Source of the DNA: Ostreococcus lucimarinus
Taxonomy: Eukaryota
DNA: 64,000 nucleotides
Reading direction: 5' to 3' (one strand)
Assembly (NCBI GenBank): GCA_000092065.1
Contig: CP000587.1
Shown: one piece after another, positions 1 to 11,339 of the stretch
Layout: each line of letters starts with the position of its first letter
How positions within the stretch are numbered: position 1 is the first letter of the stretch
Made by a program: the position numbers and the translations under genes
The notes under the pieces: model-generated
Seen by the model: the letters and a program-made list of their open reading frames with translations, nothing else
What the model was told of the DNA's origin: nothing
The model's database searches: none

Positions 1-31
1 CGGGACGAACGACGCGGGCGTGTTTAATCGA

Positions 32-1426
32 ATGGCGGGCGCGGCGGCGTCCGCCGCGGGCGGGTTTCGGGCGTTTAGTTCGCTCAGGGTTGGATCTAGG
101 GAAGGGTCGAGGCACGGGCAAAACGGTCTACCGAGCATGGAGGTGTTGTACGATAAGAATAAGCCGTTGTTTTTGTTCAGAGACGTACCCGTGAACGAAC
201 GAGCGGCGTTGTTTGGGAAAAAGTTACAGCTGTGTTCGTATTGTTTCGATTTCACCGATCCCGCGATCGACGCGAGGGAGAAGGAAATCAAGCGTCAGAC
301 GTTGATCGAGATCGTGGACTACGTCAATCAAGGCACGGGGCGGTTCACGGAGCAAGTGCTGGAACACATCAACTTCATGCTGGCGCAGAATTTGTTCCGC
401 ACGTTGCCGCCGACGAGCTCGGAGCAGACGGGACTGGTGAACGCGGCGATGTTCGACCCAGAAGAAGAAGAGCCGAGCCTCGAGCCGTCTTGGCCGCACT
501 TGCAAATCGTGTACGAATTCTTGTTGCGTTACGTCGTTTCCAACGACATTGACATTAAAAACGGGAAGACGTACATCGATCAATCCTTCGTGCTCAGGCT
601 TTTAGAGTTGTTTGACAGCGAAGACCCGCGGGAGCGCGATTACTTGAAGACGATTTTGCACAGAATTTACGGGAAATTCATGATCCATCGGCCGTTCATC
701 CGTCAGGCGATCAATAATATCTTCTTCCGCTTCATTTATGAGACGGAGAAACACAACGGAATCGCGGAGTTGCTCGAAATTTTGGGATCAATCATCAACG
801 GGTTCGCGCTGCCGCTCAAGGACGAACACAAAACGTTCTTAAAGCGCGCTTTGTTGCCGTTACACAAGCCGAAGTGCGTCGGAATGTATCACTCGCAACT
901 CGTTTACTGCGTGACCCAATTCGTCGAAAAGGATCCGCGCATGGCCGACGTCGTCATTCGCGGTTTGCTCAAGTACTGGCCCGTTACGAATTCCCAGAAA
1001 GAAGTGCTCATCTTGGGAGAGTTGGAAGAGGTGTTAGAGCTCACGCAAAGCGCGCAGTTTGCCAACGTCATGGTGCCGCTGTTCAAACAAATATCCTTCT
1101 GCATCAACTCCACGCACTTCCAAGTCGCCGAAAGAGCGCTGTTTTTGTGGAACAACGACTACATTGTCAACCTGGTGGCGCAACATCGCCACGCGTTGCT
1201 TCCCGTCTGCTTCGGTGCGCTCGAAAAGAACGCCGTCGGACATTGGAACCCAGTCGTGGGCGGATTAACCATAAACGTCCGCAAGATGCTTCAAGAGATG
1301 GACCCCGAGCTCTTCGCGCAGTGTCGCGAGCGTTGGTTGGCGGATCAAGAGCGTCTCGCTGAGGACGAAAAAGCTCGCCAAGCGCGCTGGTCTCGCGTCG
1401 AAAGACTCGCCGGCGCTTCTGCATGA
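32..1426 (+). CDS. Protein phosphatase 2A regulatory subunit B' (B56)
   Basis: ORF 20..1426 begins with GTG; the first ATG is at 32. It carries B56 hallmarks ([34 protein letters not shown]). The N-terminus may extend past the window edge. Confidence 0.85.
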   Translation: MAGAAASAAGGFRAFSSLRVGSREGSRHGQNGLPSMEVLYDKNKPLFLFRDVPVNERAALFGKKLQLCSYCFDFTDPAIDAREKEIKRQTLIEIVDYVNQGTGRFTEQVLEHINFMLAQNLFRTLPPTSSEQTGLVNAAMFDPEEEEPSLEPSWPHLQIVYEFLLRYVVSNDIDIKNGKTYIDQSFVLRLLELFDSEDPRERDYLKTILHRIYGKFMIHRPFIRQAINNIFFRFIYETEKHNGIAELLEILGSIINGFALPLKDEHKTFLKRALLPLHKPKCVGMYHSQLVYCVTQFVEKDPRMADVVIRGLLKYWPVTNSQKEVLILGELEEVLELTQSAQFANVMVPLFKQISFCINSTHFQVAERALFLWNNDYIVNLVAQHRHALLPVCFGALEKNAVGHWNPVVGGLTINVRKMLQEMDPELFAQCRERWLADQERLAEDEKARQARWSRVERLAGASA

Positions 1427-1607
1427 AGTTGACATAGTGCATTTAGACTTAGACGCTCGCTCGCTTTCGTTTGTAATCGAGCGCGAGCGACCCGACGCCC
1501 GGAAAGCGCGCCCAAGGCTCCCCCCGCGTTGTCCTCACTCCCGCGCGTGCGCCTCCATCCTCGCGCCGAGCCCGTTCGTGAAGGACGCACGTGTAATTTC
1601 GAACGTT

Positions 1608-2642
1608 ATGCGCGCTTCGAGCGCGTCACCGCGCGCGCACCGCGCGTTTCCCTCGCACACCGCGCGAAAGACGTCGCGCGAAAAAGCGTCGTCTCGGTCT
1701 CGCGCGGTGGCGGCGGCGTCGACTTCGGACGCACCGGGGCCGTTCGGGGACGACCGAAACCTGCTCGTCGTCGGACCCGGTGTTTTGGGCTCGCGCATCG
1801 CGCGCGTGTGGCTGTCGAACTTCCCCGGGGCGGTGGTGGTCGGACAGACGAACACCGACGCCGCGCACGACGGCTTGCGAAGCGTCGGCGTGACGCCGCG
1901 AACGAAGGATTTCGGTGCGGACGATCCCACGGCGACGCGGCGGTTTCCCTACGTCGTTTTCAGCGCGCCACCGAGTGGCAGTGAGGATTACCCGGGCGAA
2001 GTCGCGGCGGCGTTGAAGTATTGGGACGGCTCGGGCGCGTTCGCGTTTACGAGCTCGAGCGCCGTGTACAAGAATGAAGCCGGCGAGGCGTGCGACGAGG
2101 AGAGTGAAGTTTATGAAATAGGCACCAATCCTCGTGTCGATCGGTTGCTGAAGGCGGAAAAAGTCGTGTTAGACGCTGGTGGTGTGGTGTGTCGATTAGC
2201 CGGGCTCTATCACTCCGAGCGAGGCGCGCACAAGTACTTCATCAAGACGTCCTCGCTCGATTCTCGCGCCGACGCCTTGGTGAATTTAATTCACTACGAA
2301 GACGCCGCCGATCTGTGCTTCGCCGCGATGACGAAAGGAGCAAAGTCTCACATTTATCTCGGCACCGACGGCGTCCCGATCACCCGCGAGGCGATCGCGC
2401 GCGTCTCCGTGGAGTCTGGCGTCTACGGCGCCGACGCCGCCGCGCCCGCCTTCACCAAAACCGACGGCCCGCTCGGTCGCGCCATGTCCAACTCCCGCAC
2501 CAAGACCGAGCTCGATTGGTCGCCTCGGTACGAATCTTTCGAATCTTTCGCGTTGCGTCAGGGCGCGCGCGACTCGTACGCGCCCTGGAACGCGCCGACG
2601 CGTTCGCGCGGGTGGACCCCCGCGGGCGCGCGTCACGTGTGA
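1608..2642 (+). CDS. NAD(P)-binding Rossmann-fold epimerase/dehydratase-like protein, probably plastid-targeted
   Basis: ORF 1437..2642 has a Rossmann motif (LLVVGPGVLGSRIA). I re-anchored the start to ATG 1608 (MRASSASPRAHR, an S/R-rich presequence). The 1437 start directly abuts the stop of the upstream gene. Confidence 0.5.
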   Translation: MRASSASPRAHRAFPSHTARKTSREKASSRSRAVAAASTSDAPGPFGDDRNLLVVGPGVLGSRIARVWLSNFPGAVVVGQTNTDAAHDGLRSVGVTPRTKDFGADDPTATRRFPYVVFSAPPSGSEDYPGEVAAALKYWDGSGAFAFTSSSAVYKNEAGEACDEESEVYEIGTNPRVDRLLKAEKVVLDAGGVVCRLAGLYHSERGAHKYFIKTSSLDSRADALVNLIHYEDAADLCFAAMTKGAKSHIYLGTDGVPITREAIARVSVESGVYGADAAAPAFTKTDGPLGRAMSNSRTKTELDWSPRYESFESFALRQGARDSYAPWNAPTRSRGWTPAGARHV

Positions 2643-2880
2643 CGCCACCTAGCCATATTATAGCCACCATTTATTCGATTAGACGACGGCTTCACACTAT
2701 TTCACCTCCCGAACTGTATGCGCACACGAATAAAAGCCGATCACGCACAGCCCCACGCGCGGCGTCGATCGCGCGCGCGCGCGTCATCGATTCCCGTCAC
2801 TTCACCGCACGCGCGACGCCTCACACGCGTTCGTCGCCTCACCGCCCGTCGACGTCAAAAGAACCCAAAAAATTCTCGCA

Positions 2881-5228
2881 ATGTCGTCCGCCGCCGCCCT
2901 GAGCCCGGCCGCGCTCGCGCTCCGCGCCAAGCTCACCGCCAAGGTCCAAAACCGTCGCTCGCGCATGAGCGCCAAGGTCGTCACGCGCGCCGCCGTCGCC
3001 GCGCCGCCGGGCGTCTCCGCGGACACGGTGAACGACGCGATCAACACCGTGCGATTTTTGGCGATCGACGCGATCAACAAGTCCAACTCCGGTCACCCCG
3101 GCTTGCCGATGGGCTGCGCGCCGATGGGCTACGTGATTTTCCGCGAAGCGATGACGCACAACCCGAAGAACACGAAGTGGTTCAACCGCGATCGATTCGT
3201 GCTGTCCGCGGGACACGGGTGCATGCTGCAGTACTCTTTGATGCATTTGACCGGTTACCCGAGCGTTTCGGTGCGTTCGTCGCGACGCGCGCGCGCGGGC
3301 GACGCGATTCTCGAACGCGCGCGCCGATCGTGTGGATAAAGCCTCAAGTTGGGGTTTTGGATAAGAGCCCGCGCGGACGCGCGAAGGATGGACGCGAACG
3401 CGCGAGAGCGTCGCTCTGGCGGACGCGCGAGCGATGATGGAGATAAAACTCGATGACTGACGATGAATGCGCGATGCACGCTCGACGCGCGTAGATTGAA
3501 GACATCAAGCAGTTCCGTCAGTGGGACTCCAAGACCCCGGGTCACCCGGAGAACTTCATCACCGACGGCATCGAAGTCACCACGGGCCCGCTCGGTATGG
3601 GTATTTGCAACGCCGTCGGTCTCGCGATGGTCGAGAAGCACCTCGCCGGTCGATTCAACAAGCCGGATTGCGAAATCGTCGATCACTACACGTACTGCGT
3701 CATGGGCGACGGCTGCAACATGGAGGGCATGTCCGGCGAAGGCGCGTCCCTCGCCGGTCACTGGGGCCTCGGCAAGTTGATTGTCTTCTATGACGACAAC
3801 CACATCTCCATCGATGGTCACACCGACATCTCCTTCACGGAAGACGTCGTCGCGCGCTTCAACGCGTACGGCTGGCACACGCAACACGTCGAGAACGGTA
3901 ACACCGACGTCGACTCGATTCGCGCCGCCGTCAACGCCGCCAAGGCTGACCCGCGCCCGTCGCTCATCAAGGTGACCACCTTGATTGGCTACGGTTCCCC
4001 GAACAAGTCCAACACCCACGACGTGCACGGCGCGCCGCTCGGTAAGGATGAAACCGCCGCGACTCGCGAAAACTTGAAGTGGAAGTACGGCGAATTCGAA
4101 GTTCCGGAAGCCGTCAAGGCGTACATGGATTGCTCCGAAAAGGGCACCGCCGCCGAAGCCGAATGGAACGCCAAGTGGGCCACCTACAAGAGCAAGTACG
4201 CCGAAGATGCGGCCGAGCTCGAGTCCATCATGTCCGGCAAGTTGCCGTCTGGCTGGGAAAAGTCTCTCCCGACGTTCACGCCGGAGGACAAGGGTGTCGC
4301 CACGCGCATCCACTCCCAAACCATGCTCAACGCCCTCGGTGGCGCGATCCCGGGTTTCATGGGTGGTTCCGCCGATCTTGCGCCGTCCAACATGACGTTG
4401 ATGAAGCAATTCGGTGACTTCCAAAAGGACACCCCGGCCGAGCGCAATGTTCGCTTCGGCGTCCGCGAGCACGGTATGGGTGCCATCGCCAACGGCATGA
4501 AGCTCCACTCCCCGGGTATCATTCCGTACTGCGCGACCTTCTTCATCTTCACCGACTACATGCGTTGCGCCATGCGCATCGCCGCGCTCTCCCAAGCCGG
4601 TACCATCTTCGTCATGACGCACGATTCCATCGGCGTCGGCGAGGACGGCCCGACTCACCAGCCGATTGAGCACGTCGCGTCCTTCCGCGCCATGCCGGGT
4701 ATGGACATGGCTCGCCCGGCCGACGGCAACGAGACCGCCGCCATGTACAAGATGGCTGTCGAAAACTCGATGAACGGTGCCCCGACTACGTTGGCGCTCT
4801 CCCGCCAAGTCGTGCCGAACCTTGCGGGTACCTCCATGGAAGGCGCCGCCAAGGGTGCGTACGTCGTCCAAGGCGCCGCCGCTGGCGAAGCGTGCGACGT
4901 GATCCTCATCGGTACCGGTACCGAACTCGAACTCGCGTGCCAAGCTGGTGCCGAGCTCGAATCTAAGGGTAAGAAGGTTCGCGTTGTCTCCATGCCGTGC
5001 TGGGAAGCCTTCGAGCGCCAACCGGCCGCCTACCAAGAGTCCGTCTTGCCGGCTGCCATGCGCGCGAAGACCGTCTCCATCGAGGCGGGCACCACGTTCG
5101 GCTGGGCTAAGTACGCCGGCGCTTCCATCGGACATGACGATTTCGGCGCTTCGGCACCGGCCCCGATTCTGTACAAGCAGTTCGGAATCACTGCCGATGC
5201 CATGGCCGCGAAGGCGATGTCGTTGTAA
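2881..5228 (+). CDS. Transketolase (plastid-type, N-terminal transit peptide), two exons: 2881..3270 and 3495..5228
   Basis: Exon 1 ends ...HLTGYPSVS and the intron begins GTGCGT. Exon 2 ([20 protein letters not shown]...[14 protein letters not shown]...) continues in frame into ORF 3597..5228. Thiamine-diphosphate-binding and transketolase C-terminal motifs are present throughout. The splice sites are chosen by frame and consensus, not verified. Confidence 0.9.
3271..3494 (+). repeat. Intron of the transketolase gene, introner-like element (GTGCGTTCG donor ... GACTGACGATGAATGCGCGATG ... TAG)
   Basis: A 224-nt intron. Its 5' end (gtgcgt cg) and its 3' branch-point module are shared with the introns at 8043..8190, 18397..18518, about 18280..18319 and the minus-strand intron ending at 29708. 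Confidence 0.6.
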
Positions 5229-5479
5229 GCGTAGGGACCGGATGTCGAAGCGTTGCGCTCGGGAAAATTCCCCGCAACGAGTCCCCGCAACGGACAGCCG
5301 CTCGTGCCACTTTAGTCGCGCACTTTTGATTGAAGTACTAATATAAATTCCTTCTCCTTTCCCGTCGTCGCCGTCCGTTCTCCTTTGCCGTCGTCGCCGT
5401 CCCGAGCTCCCGAGCTCCCGTCGCGCCGACGCCATCCCGAGCGTCGCGCCTCGCCGTCGCGACCGCACTCCGCGCCTCG

Positions 5480-6448
5480 ATGGGATGCGCGAGCTCGCGC
5501 GTCGACGTCGATCCCGCGTCGCATCGCGCGCTCGACCGGAGTTCGCCGCCGTCGACAAGCGCCGCGGTCGCGACGTCGCGGTCGAGACGCTCGCTCGACA
5601 TCTTTCACGACGCCCTGACGTCGTTTCGAGAACACTTTTCGAGCGCCTCGAAGACGCACTGGGACGCCGCGCCGTGCGAGTGGCTGCGCGTGCGCGCCGC
5701 GTCGTACTTCGTGGACGCTAAAAAGGCACCACCGCGCGAGAGACCGCTGCTGACGCTGCGACACGTCGATCTGTTCGATGGCTCGAGCCTGGCGAGCGAC
5801 GGCGACGACGCGCGCGTCGATTTTTGTCGAACGCGACCGGAGAGTTGGTTCAGGCGCGAGTTCGAGCGCGACGGAGGAGCGACGACGGCGTGGACGTTCG
5901 CGATGCACTTCGTAAATCCGGATGGGGCGAATTTGGTGTGCTATTTTCAGCCCGAGGGCGACGGCGCGGAGAGCGTTCGCGACGCGCGGCGGTTGTGCGA
6001 TTGGGTCGACGCGAATTCGTCGCCGTCGTTCGCCAAGACGTTGAGACGGTTCGTGGAGACCGATGATGACGCATATCGCGCGGCGAGAGTGAAGCTGTGC
6101 GCGAAACTTCATCCGCAGTCGCCGTTGATGTTGCGCAAGTGCGTGCCGACGAAACCGGTGCTCGTGGGAAAACGCGCGTCGACGCGCTTTTTTCGCGGCG
6201 CCGGCGATACCGAGGGGTACGAGGACCGTTATTTAGAGTGTTGCATCGAGTGCGGGACGAGCGCGTCTGCGAAATATCTGTACAACATGTTCTCCGGGCT
6301 CAGCGCGCGGAGCGACGAGGATTTGGCGATATGGATCGAGGGCGCGCGCGAAGACGAGTTGCCTGAGCGCGTGCTCGGCGCCGTGCGTCTGCGAAGGATT
6401 TCGCCGAAGTGCTTGACGAAGTTGACAAAACTACCTTTAGTTAGATGA
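5480..6448 (+). CDS. DUF1336 / EDR2 C-terminal-domain protein with an N-myristoylation-type start (MGCASS)
   Basis: ATG at 5480. The C-terminal motif [14 protein letters not shown] and preceding blocks ([24 protein letters not shown]) resemble the DUF1336 family. Confidence 0.5.
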   Translation: MGCASSRVDVDPASHRALDRSSPPSTSAAVATSRSRRSLDIFHDALTSFREHFSSASKTHWDAAPCEWLRVRAASYFVDAKKAPPRERPLLTLRHVDLFDGSSLASDGDDARVDFCRTRPESWFRREFERDGGATTAWTFAMHFVNPDGANLVCYFQPEGDGAESVRDARRLCDWVDANSSPSFAKTLRRFVETDDDAYRAARVKLCAKLHPQSPLMLRKCVPTKPVLVGKRASTRFFRGAGDTEGYEDRYLECCIECGTSASAKYLYNMFSGLSARSDEDLAIWIEGAREDELPERVLGAVRLRRISPKCLTKLTKLPLVR

Positions 6449-6521
6449 TCTCTTTAGCGAATTATTGTATGTGTGTATTAACCGATAGCGGCGTAGTATT
6501 ATCGTCGTCACGAGACAGTCT

Positions 6522-7616
6522 CTACTCCTCCTCGTCCGGGAACAACGCGTCGACGAACCCGACCGCGTCGAACGACTGCAAGTCTTGCATCGACTCGCCG
6601 ACGCCAACGAACTTGACGGGAATCCCCAACTCATCCACCACGCTCACCACCGCGCCTCCTCGCGAGGTGCCGTCGAGCTTGGTCAAAATGATTCCCGTCA
6701 CGCCCACGGCTTCGTTGAAAACGCGCGCCTGGTTGAGCATGTTCAACCCGGTGGTGCCGTCCAAGACGAGTAAAACCTCGTGCGGCGCGCTCGGCAAGCG
6801 CTTGGAGATGGAATTCTTCACCCCGACTAATTCATCCATGAGCTGAGAGTTGTTGTGCAATCGCCCGGACGTGTCCGCGAGCACGACGTCGACGTCGCCC
6901 CGCGCGCACGCCTCGTCCACCGCCTTGTAACACACCGCCCCCGGTTTGGTGTTCGGCGGCGAGTCGCTCATCACCGCTCCCGTGCGTTCAGCCCACGTCG
7001 CGAGCTGTTCGGCCGCCGCCGCGCGAAACGTGTCTCCCGGCACCATCATCACCTTCGCCCCGCTCTCCGCGAATCGATGACTCAATTTTCCCAGCGTCGT
7101 CGTCTTCCCCCCCCCGTTCACGCCCACCACCAACACCACGCTCGGTTCGCCCGCCGTCTCGTTCAATCCAATCTTCATCGCGTCCCCCGCCTTGGTCAAC
7201 ACCTCCACGATCGACGCCTTCAGCGCTCGCCGCACGTCCCCCCCCGTCTTACACTCGCCTCGCTCCACGCGCGCGCGCACGCCGTCCGTCACCCGCGTCG
7301 CCGCCTTGGGCCCGAAATCCGCCCCCAGCAGCGTCTCCTCCAGCTCCTCCAGCGCGTCGTCGAAATCCTCCATGCGCCACAGCGCCAACACGTCGTTCAC
7401 CGCGCTCAATCGCTCCCGCGTCTTCGACGTCCCGTTGAACACGCGCTCGACATCCATCGCCGTCTTCTTTCGCAGCACCGACGCGAGTTTGCCGAGATCG
7501 AATCCCGCGCGCGTCGCGATTCGTCTCGAGCGCGCGTCGCGACGCGCGGTGCGCGACGACGTCGACGTCGACGTCGTCGCGCGCGCGGGCGTCGCGCGCG
7601 TCGCGACGCGCGTCAT
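6522..7616 (-). CDS. ftsY: Chloroplast SRP receptor cpFtsY (SRP54-type GTPase, NG domain)
   Basis: [40 protein letters not shown] and [12 protein letters not shown] are present. I re-anchored the start to ATG 7616 ([16 protein letters not shown], transit-peptide-like). The ORF extends to 7871 with no other ATG. Confidence 0.85.
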   Translation of the reverse strand: MTRVATRATPARATTSTSTSSRTARRDARSRRIATRAGFDLGKLASVLRKKTAMDVERVFNGTSKTRERLSAVNDVLALWRMEDFDDALEELEETLLGADFGPKAATRVTDGVRARVERGECKTGGDVRRALKASIVEVLTKAGDAMKIGLNETAGEPSVVLVVGVNGGGKTTTLGKLSHRFAESGAKVMMVPGDTFRAAAAEQLATWAERTGAVMSDSPPNTKPGAVCYKAVDEACARGDVDVVLADTSGRLHNNSQLMDELVGVKNSISKRLPSAPHEVLLVLDGTTGLNMLNQARVFNEAVGVTGIILTKLDGTSRGGAVVSVVDELGIPVKFVGVGESMQDLQSFDAVGFVDALFPDEEE

Positions 7617-7898
7617 CGCGTCGCGGTGTGCCGCGCGCGGACGACGATCGGGCGATGGTTGTGGATAAGGTCCGTGTAGAGTCTCAAACAGCAACCGCCC
7701 GCCCGGCGGCGTCGCGACGACGCGCGGCGCGCGCACACGGCGACGCGGGCGCGAACGAGCGCGACGCGAGCGCACGACGCGTCGTTCGAACCGTCCGCGC
7801 AAGTCCGACGACCGCGCGAGAGTCCGACGACCGCGCGACGCGACGCGTTCGTAAAGCGAATCGCACGACATCGTTCGTAAGCGCGAGCTCGACGCGCG

Positions 7899-10800
7899 AT
7901 GATGACGACGGCGACGCGTCGACCGGCGACGACGGCGCGGTGGACGGCGACGCGGGATTTGGTGAAGAAGAATTCTTTGCGTCGAACGCGCGGGCGCGCG
8001 TGCGCGGCGCGCGTGCGGGCGAGCGCGCCGGAACCGCCGACGGTGCGTCGAGACATCGTCGCGCGACGACGCGAAACCCTGTGGATGGCGAGGGTGTGAC
8101 CTAGGAGACGCGCGCGACGGAGGGCGAGGAGCGACGGCGAGGGCGCGGAGACTGACGATGCGAGCGCGATCGGACGATTGATGCGATTAGGATCGAGCGA
8201 GCCCGTTCGGGTTCGAGCGCGAGATGGACGCGGTGGAGAAACAAATCGCGGCGCTGCCGACGGCGGCGCGGTTGGGGGCGTACGGCGCGCTCGTGGCGCT
8301 CGGCGCCGGATTGGGGAACGCGGTGGGCTCCGCGATGCCGGCGAACGTCAGGGGAGGGGCGAAAGCGGCGCTGACGGCGGTCGTCGGTGGTGGCGCCGCG
8401 TATGGGGTGTCGGTGGCGGATAAGAAGCGGTTCACGGCGGCGCCGAAGAGCTTGTGGAACTCGCTGCAGGGACGGGATCCGTTGAGCGTGACGGCTGAGG
8501 AAGTCAACGCGATGGGGGCGAAGTTTGGGATCGCGAACATGGGTCAATCGTGCGCGACGGCGATGACGGAGCTTTACGACGTCTACTTGATGTCTCTCGT
8601 GCCGCAAGGGTTGGATCCGGTGCAAGGTTGGGAAGCCGCGGCTTTGGCGCAGTTTCGCCAAACGCTCGGCATAGACGACGCCTCGGCGGCGCAGGCGCAC
8701 TTGGAGGCTGGTCGTCGCTTGTTCAGAAAGCGCATCGAACTCGGATCGACGGATAAGGAGACGGACTTGGAATCGCGCAAGGAGTTCCAAAAGCTCGTCT
8801 TCATCTCTACGCAAACCTTTGGCGAAGAGCAAGCGCGATTTTTGCTCCCGTGGAAGCGCGTGTTCCGCGTCTCGGACGCCCAAGTCGACTTGGCCAACAG
8901 AGACAACGCGAGCCAGCTGTTGCGCACGAGCTTGTCCAAATCTAACGCCATCGCTAACGTTGACGCCGCGGCGATCGCGTCGGCGGCTGACTACAAGGCG
9001 TCGCTGAATTTGGACGACGACGCCGCCGGTGAAATCGCCCAAGACCTCGCCACGGCGCACGTCGCCGGCATCGTCAACGGCACCATTACGTTGAACAAGG
9101 AACGTGGCTCTGCGCGTGACGTCGGTACGATTTGCAAGAACGTTGAACAAGTTTTGGCTTACAACGTCAAGCTCGAAGGCGCGCAAGGTTCTTTCCCGGG
9201 TGTTGGTCCGGTGACGCTGTTCGGCGGCGAGTTTGACTCGAAGATGACGGAACTCAAGGACGTGTTCAGAACCTACCTCGAGGAAGGCATCAAGGGTTAC
9301 TCCTTCAGTGCCGCGCTCAACGACAACCTCGGCAAGCTCCGTCTCGTGTTTGGCATGGGCAACAAGGAGGCAGACGACATTATTCTCGCCTCCACCACCG
9401 CCTCGTACCGCCTGGCGCTTCGCGACGCCGTCAAGAGCGGCTCGTTGGACAACGCCGAGTCTCCAGCCAAGGTGCTCCAAGGTTTGTGCGAAGGCCTCCG
9501 ATTCCCTCCGGAAGTGGCTGCGGGCATTCACGAAGAGAACTATCGCACCAAGCTCGAGTCCATCATCTCATCGAATAAAAAGCTCGAAGACGCCGACGTC
9601 GAAGCCTTGGCTCGCGTTCGCAAGCTCTTGTGCGTGCCGAAGGGCGTCGTTGAGAAGCTTCACTTTGAAATCTGCGGCGAAATTTACCGCACCGCGGTTC
9701 GCTCGGCGCTTTCCGTGCCGACCGAGTCCTTCACTCCGGCGCTTCGCGACCGATGCAAGGCTGCCAAGGCAAACGTTCGTCTCGACGACGAAACCGCGCT
9801 CAAGATTCTCGGCGCCGAGGCTCGCAAGCAAATGAGTGGTTTCATCCGCACGTCCAAGTCCATTAGAAACAAGACGGACGCGCAGAAGGAGATTCGCAAG
9901 ATGATCTTCTACAACCAAGGCGTCGTGACGCCGCTCGTGCAGGACGTGACCAAGGCAAAGGCTGAGGCGGCGGCGGAGGAGCTCGCCTCGCTCTTGAAGG
10001 AGGCGCAAGAGGCGGCGGCGAAGGAGGAAGCGGAAGAGAAGGCGAAAGCCGCCGCGGAGGCTACCGCGGCGGAGCCTGAAGCCGCCGCTGAGCCCACGGT
10101 GGATGATAGCCTTCGAAGTGCGGCGGAGGGTCAAGGCTTCGCCAGTGACACCCCCAAGAAGGTTGAGGAAGTGAAGGCTGAGGCGGCGACGGAGACCGCG
10201 GAGGAGGAAGAGAAAGAGGAAGAAGTCGTCGTCAAGGAGGAAGAAGTCCCGCACCAGAAGGAAGTCACGCTCGCCGAAGACATGGATGTGGTCACTCGCC
10301 AAGCGATGTACAGAGAATACCTCATGTTCTGCATGACTGGTGATCAAGTGAACGCCCCGATGGGCGTGCGCATCAACATCGAGCGCGACCAAAGCGAATT
10401 CAAGCGCTTGTCCCAGCTCGGCGATATCCTCGGCCTTAACATGATGGAAGTCGGTCAAGTGCACAAGGATCTGGCCGACAAGGCGTTCCGGACGCAAGCT
10501 GAGCAAATGCTCGGCGACGGCCGCGGCCTCACCGCCGATCGCGCCGAGAAGCTCAAGGAAATTCAGACGCAGCTCAACTTGCCCGAGGACGAGGCGCAAA
10601 AGATCATCAAGGGCATCACCTCGCAACGCATGATGTCCAACGTTCAGCAGCAAATTGCTTCTGGTACGCTCGATGCGGCTGAGGTGAGAAAGATGATCGA
10701 AGCTGGCGTCGAAATCGAGCGCATGATTCCGGAAGACAAGCGCATGAACTTGTTCCGCAAAAACGCCGAGCGCCGTTTGGGCGACGGAAGCGGAAGCGCC

Positions 10801-11202
10801 GACATCGAAGCGCTCACGGGTACCTTGGTCGAAGATCTCAAGATTGATGGTGAGAAGGCCAAGACTGAGCTCAAGAACATCGCTGCCGAGAAGAAGCGCT
10901 CTCAAATGATTCAAGGCGTCGCTGTCTTGCGTCAAAAGAAGGCTGCCGACGTCCTCCTGTGCTGCCGCAACTTGGTCGCGTGCCAAGCCGTGGCGCCCGA
11001 GGCCAAGTTGGAGTGGAAGGTGGAATCTGAGGTGTTCGACATGTACTCTGTCTTCGTCCAAGAGTGCTCAGACGTGGAAGAGCGCAAGGTTCTTCAATCT
11101 GCTTTGAGCATTAGCGACGAAAGCGCCCGCAAGCTTGAACAAGTCGTCGCCGACGGCGCGTTCAAGTTTTCCGAAGACTCGTTAGACGAGGCCCTCTTCT
11201 AG
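7899..11202 (+). CDS. TIC110: Tic110 (chloroplast inner-envelope translocon), two exons: 7899..8042 (transit peptide) and 8191..11202
   Basis: The C-terminal 300 aa align with plant Tic110 (MYREYLMFCMTGDQV..., AVLRQKKAADVLLCCRNLVACQAVAPEAKLEW...). The mature N-terminus matches VEKxxxPVRLATSAVVLAASLATG. The predicted exon 1 is S/T/R-rich (MMTTATRRPATTARW...) and is joined across an intron with a GTGCGTCG donor and ...ACTGACGA...GATGCGATTAG 3' end; the frame is continuous. Confidence 0.85.
8043..8190 (+). repeat. Tic110 intron 1, introner-like element
   Basis: A 148-nt intron with a gtgcgtcgag donor and gagactgacgatgcgagcgcgatcggacgattgatgcgattag at its 3' end. It is the same family as 3271..3494. 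Confidence 0.55.
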
Positions 11203-11339
11203 TTTCTCGATCTAGATTGAGAAACGATCCACCGTAGCAAAGAATTGATTGATTCGAAACTTAAAGCTTTATTGTTGTCATTACGCATGTGGCACGAACA
11301 AAAGTCATCTAGATGCTAACGCTACTCTTCGCTCCGCGC

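Noticed and set aside
3255-5558. 767-aa minus-strand ORF antisense to the transketolase gene.
   Set aside because: It is a G/R/A-rich low-complexity translation typical of spurious antisense ORFs in about 68% GC DNA. The plus-strand frame has unambiguous transketolase motifs.
8101-11061. Two large minus-strand ORFs (476 and 497 aa) overlapping Tic110.
   Set aside because: They are antisense shadow ORFs with no motifs and R/L-rich composition. Tic110 on the plus strand is strongly supported.
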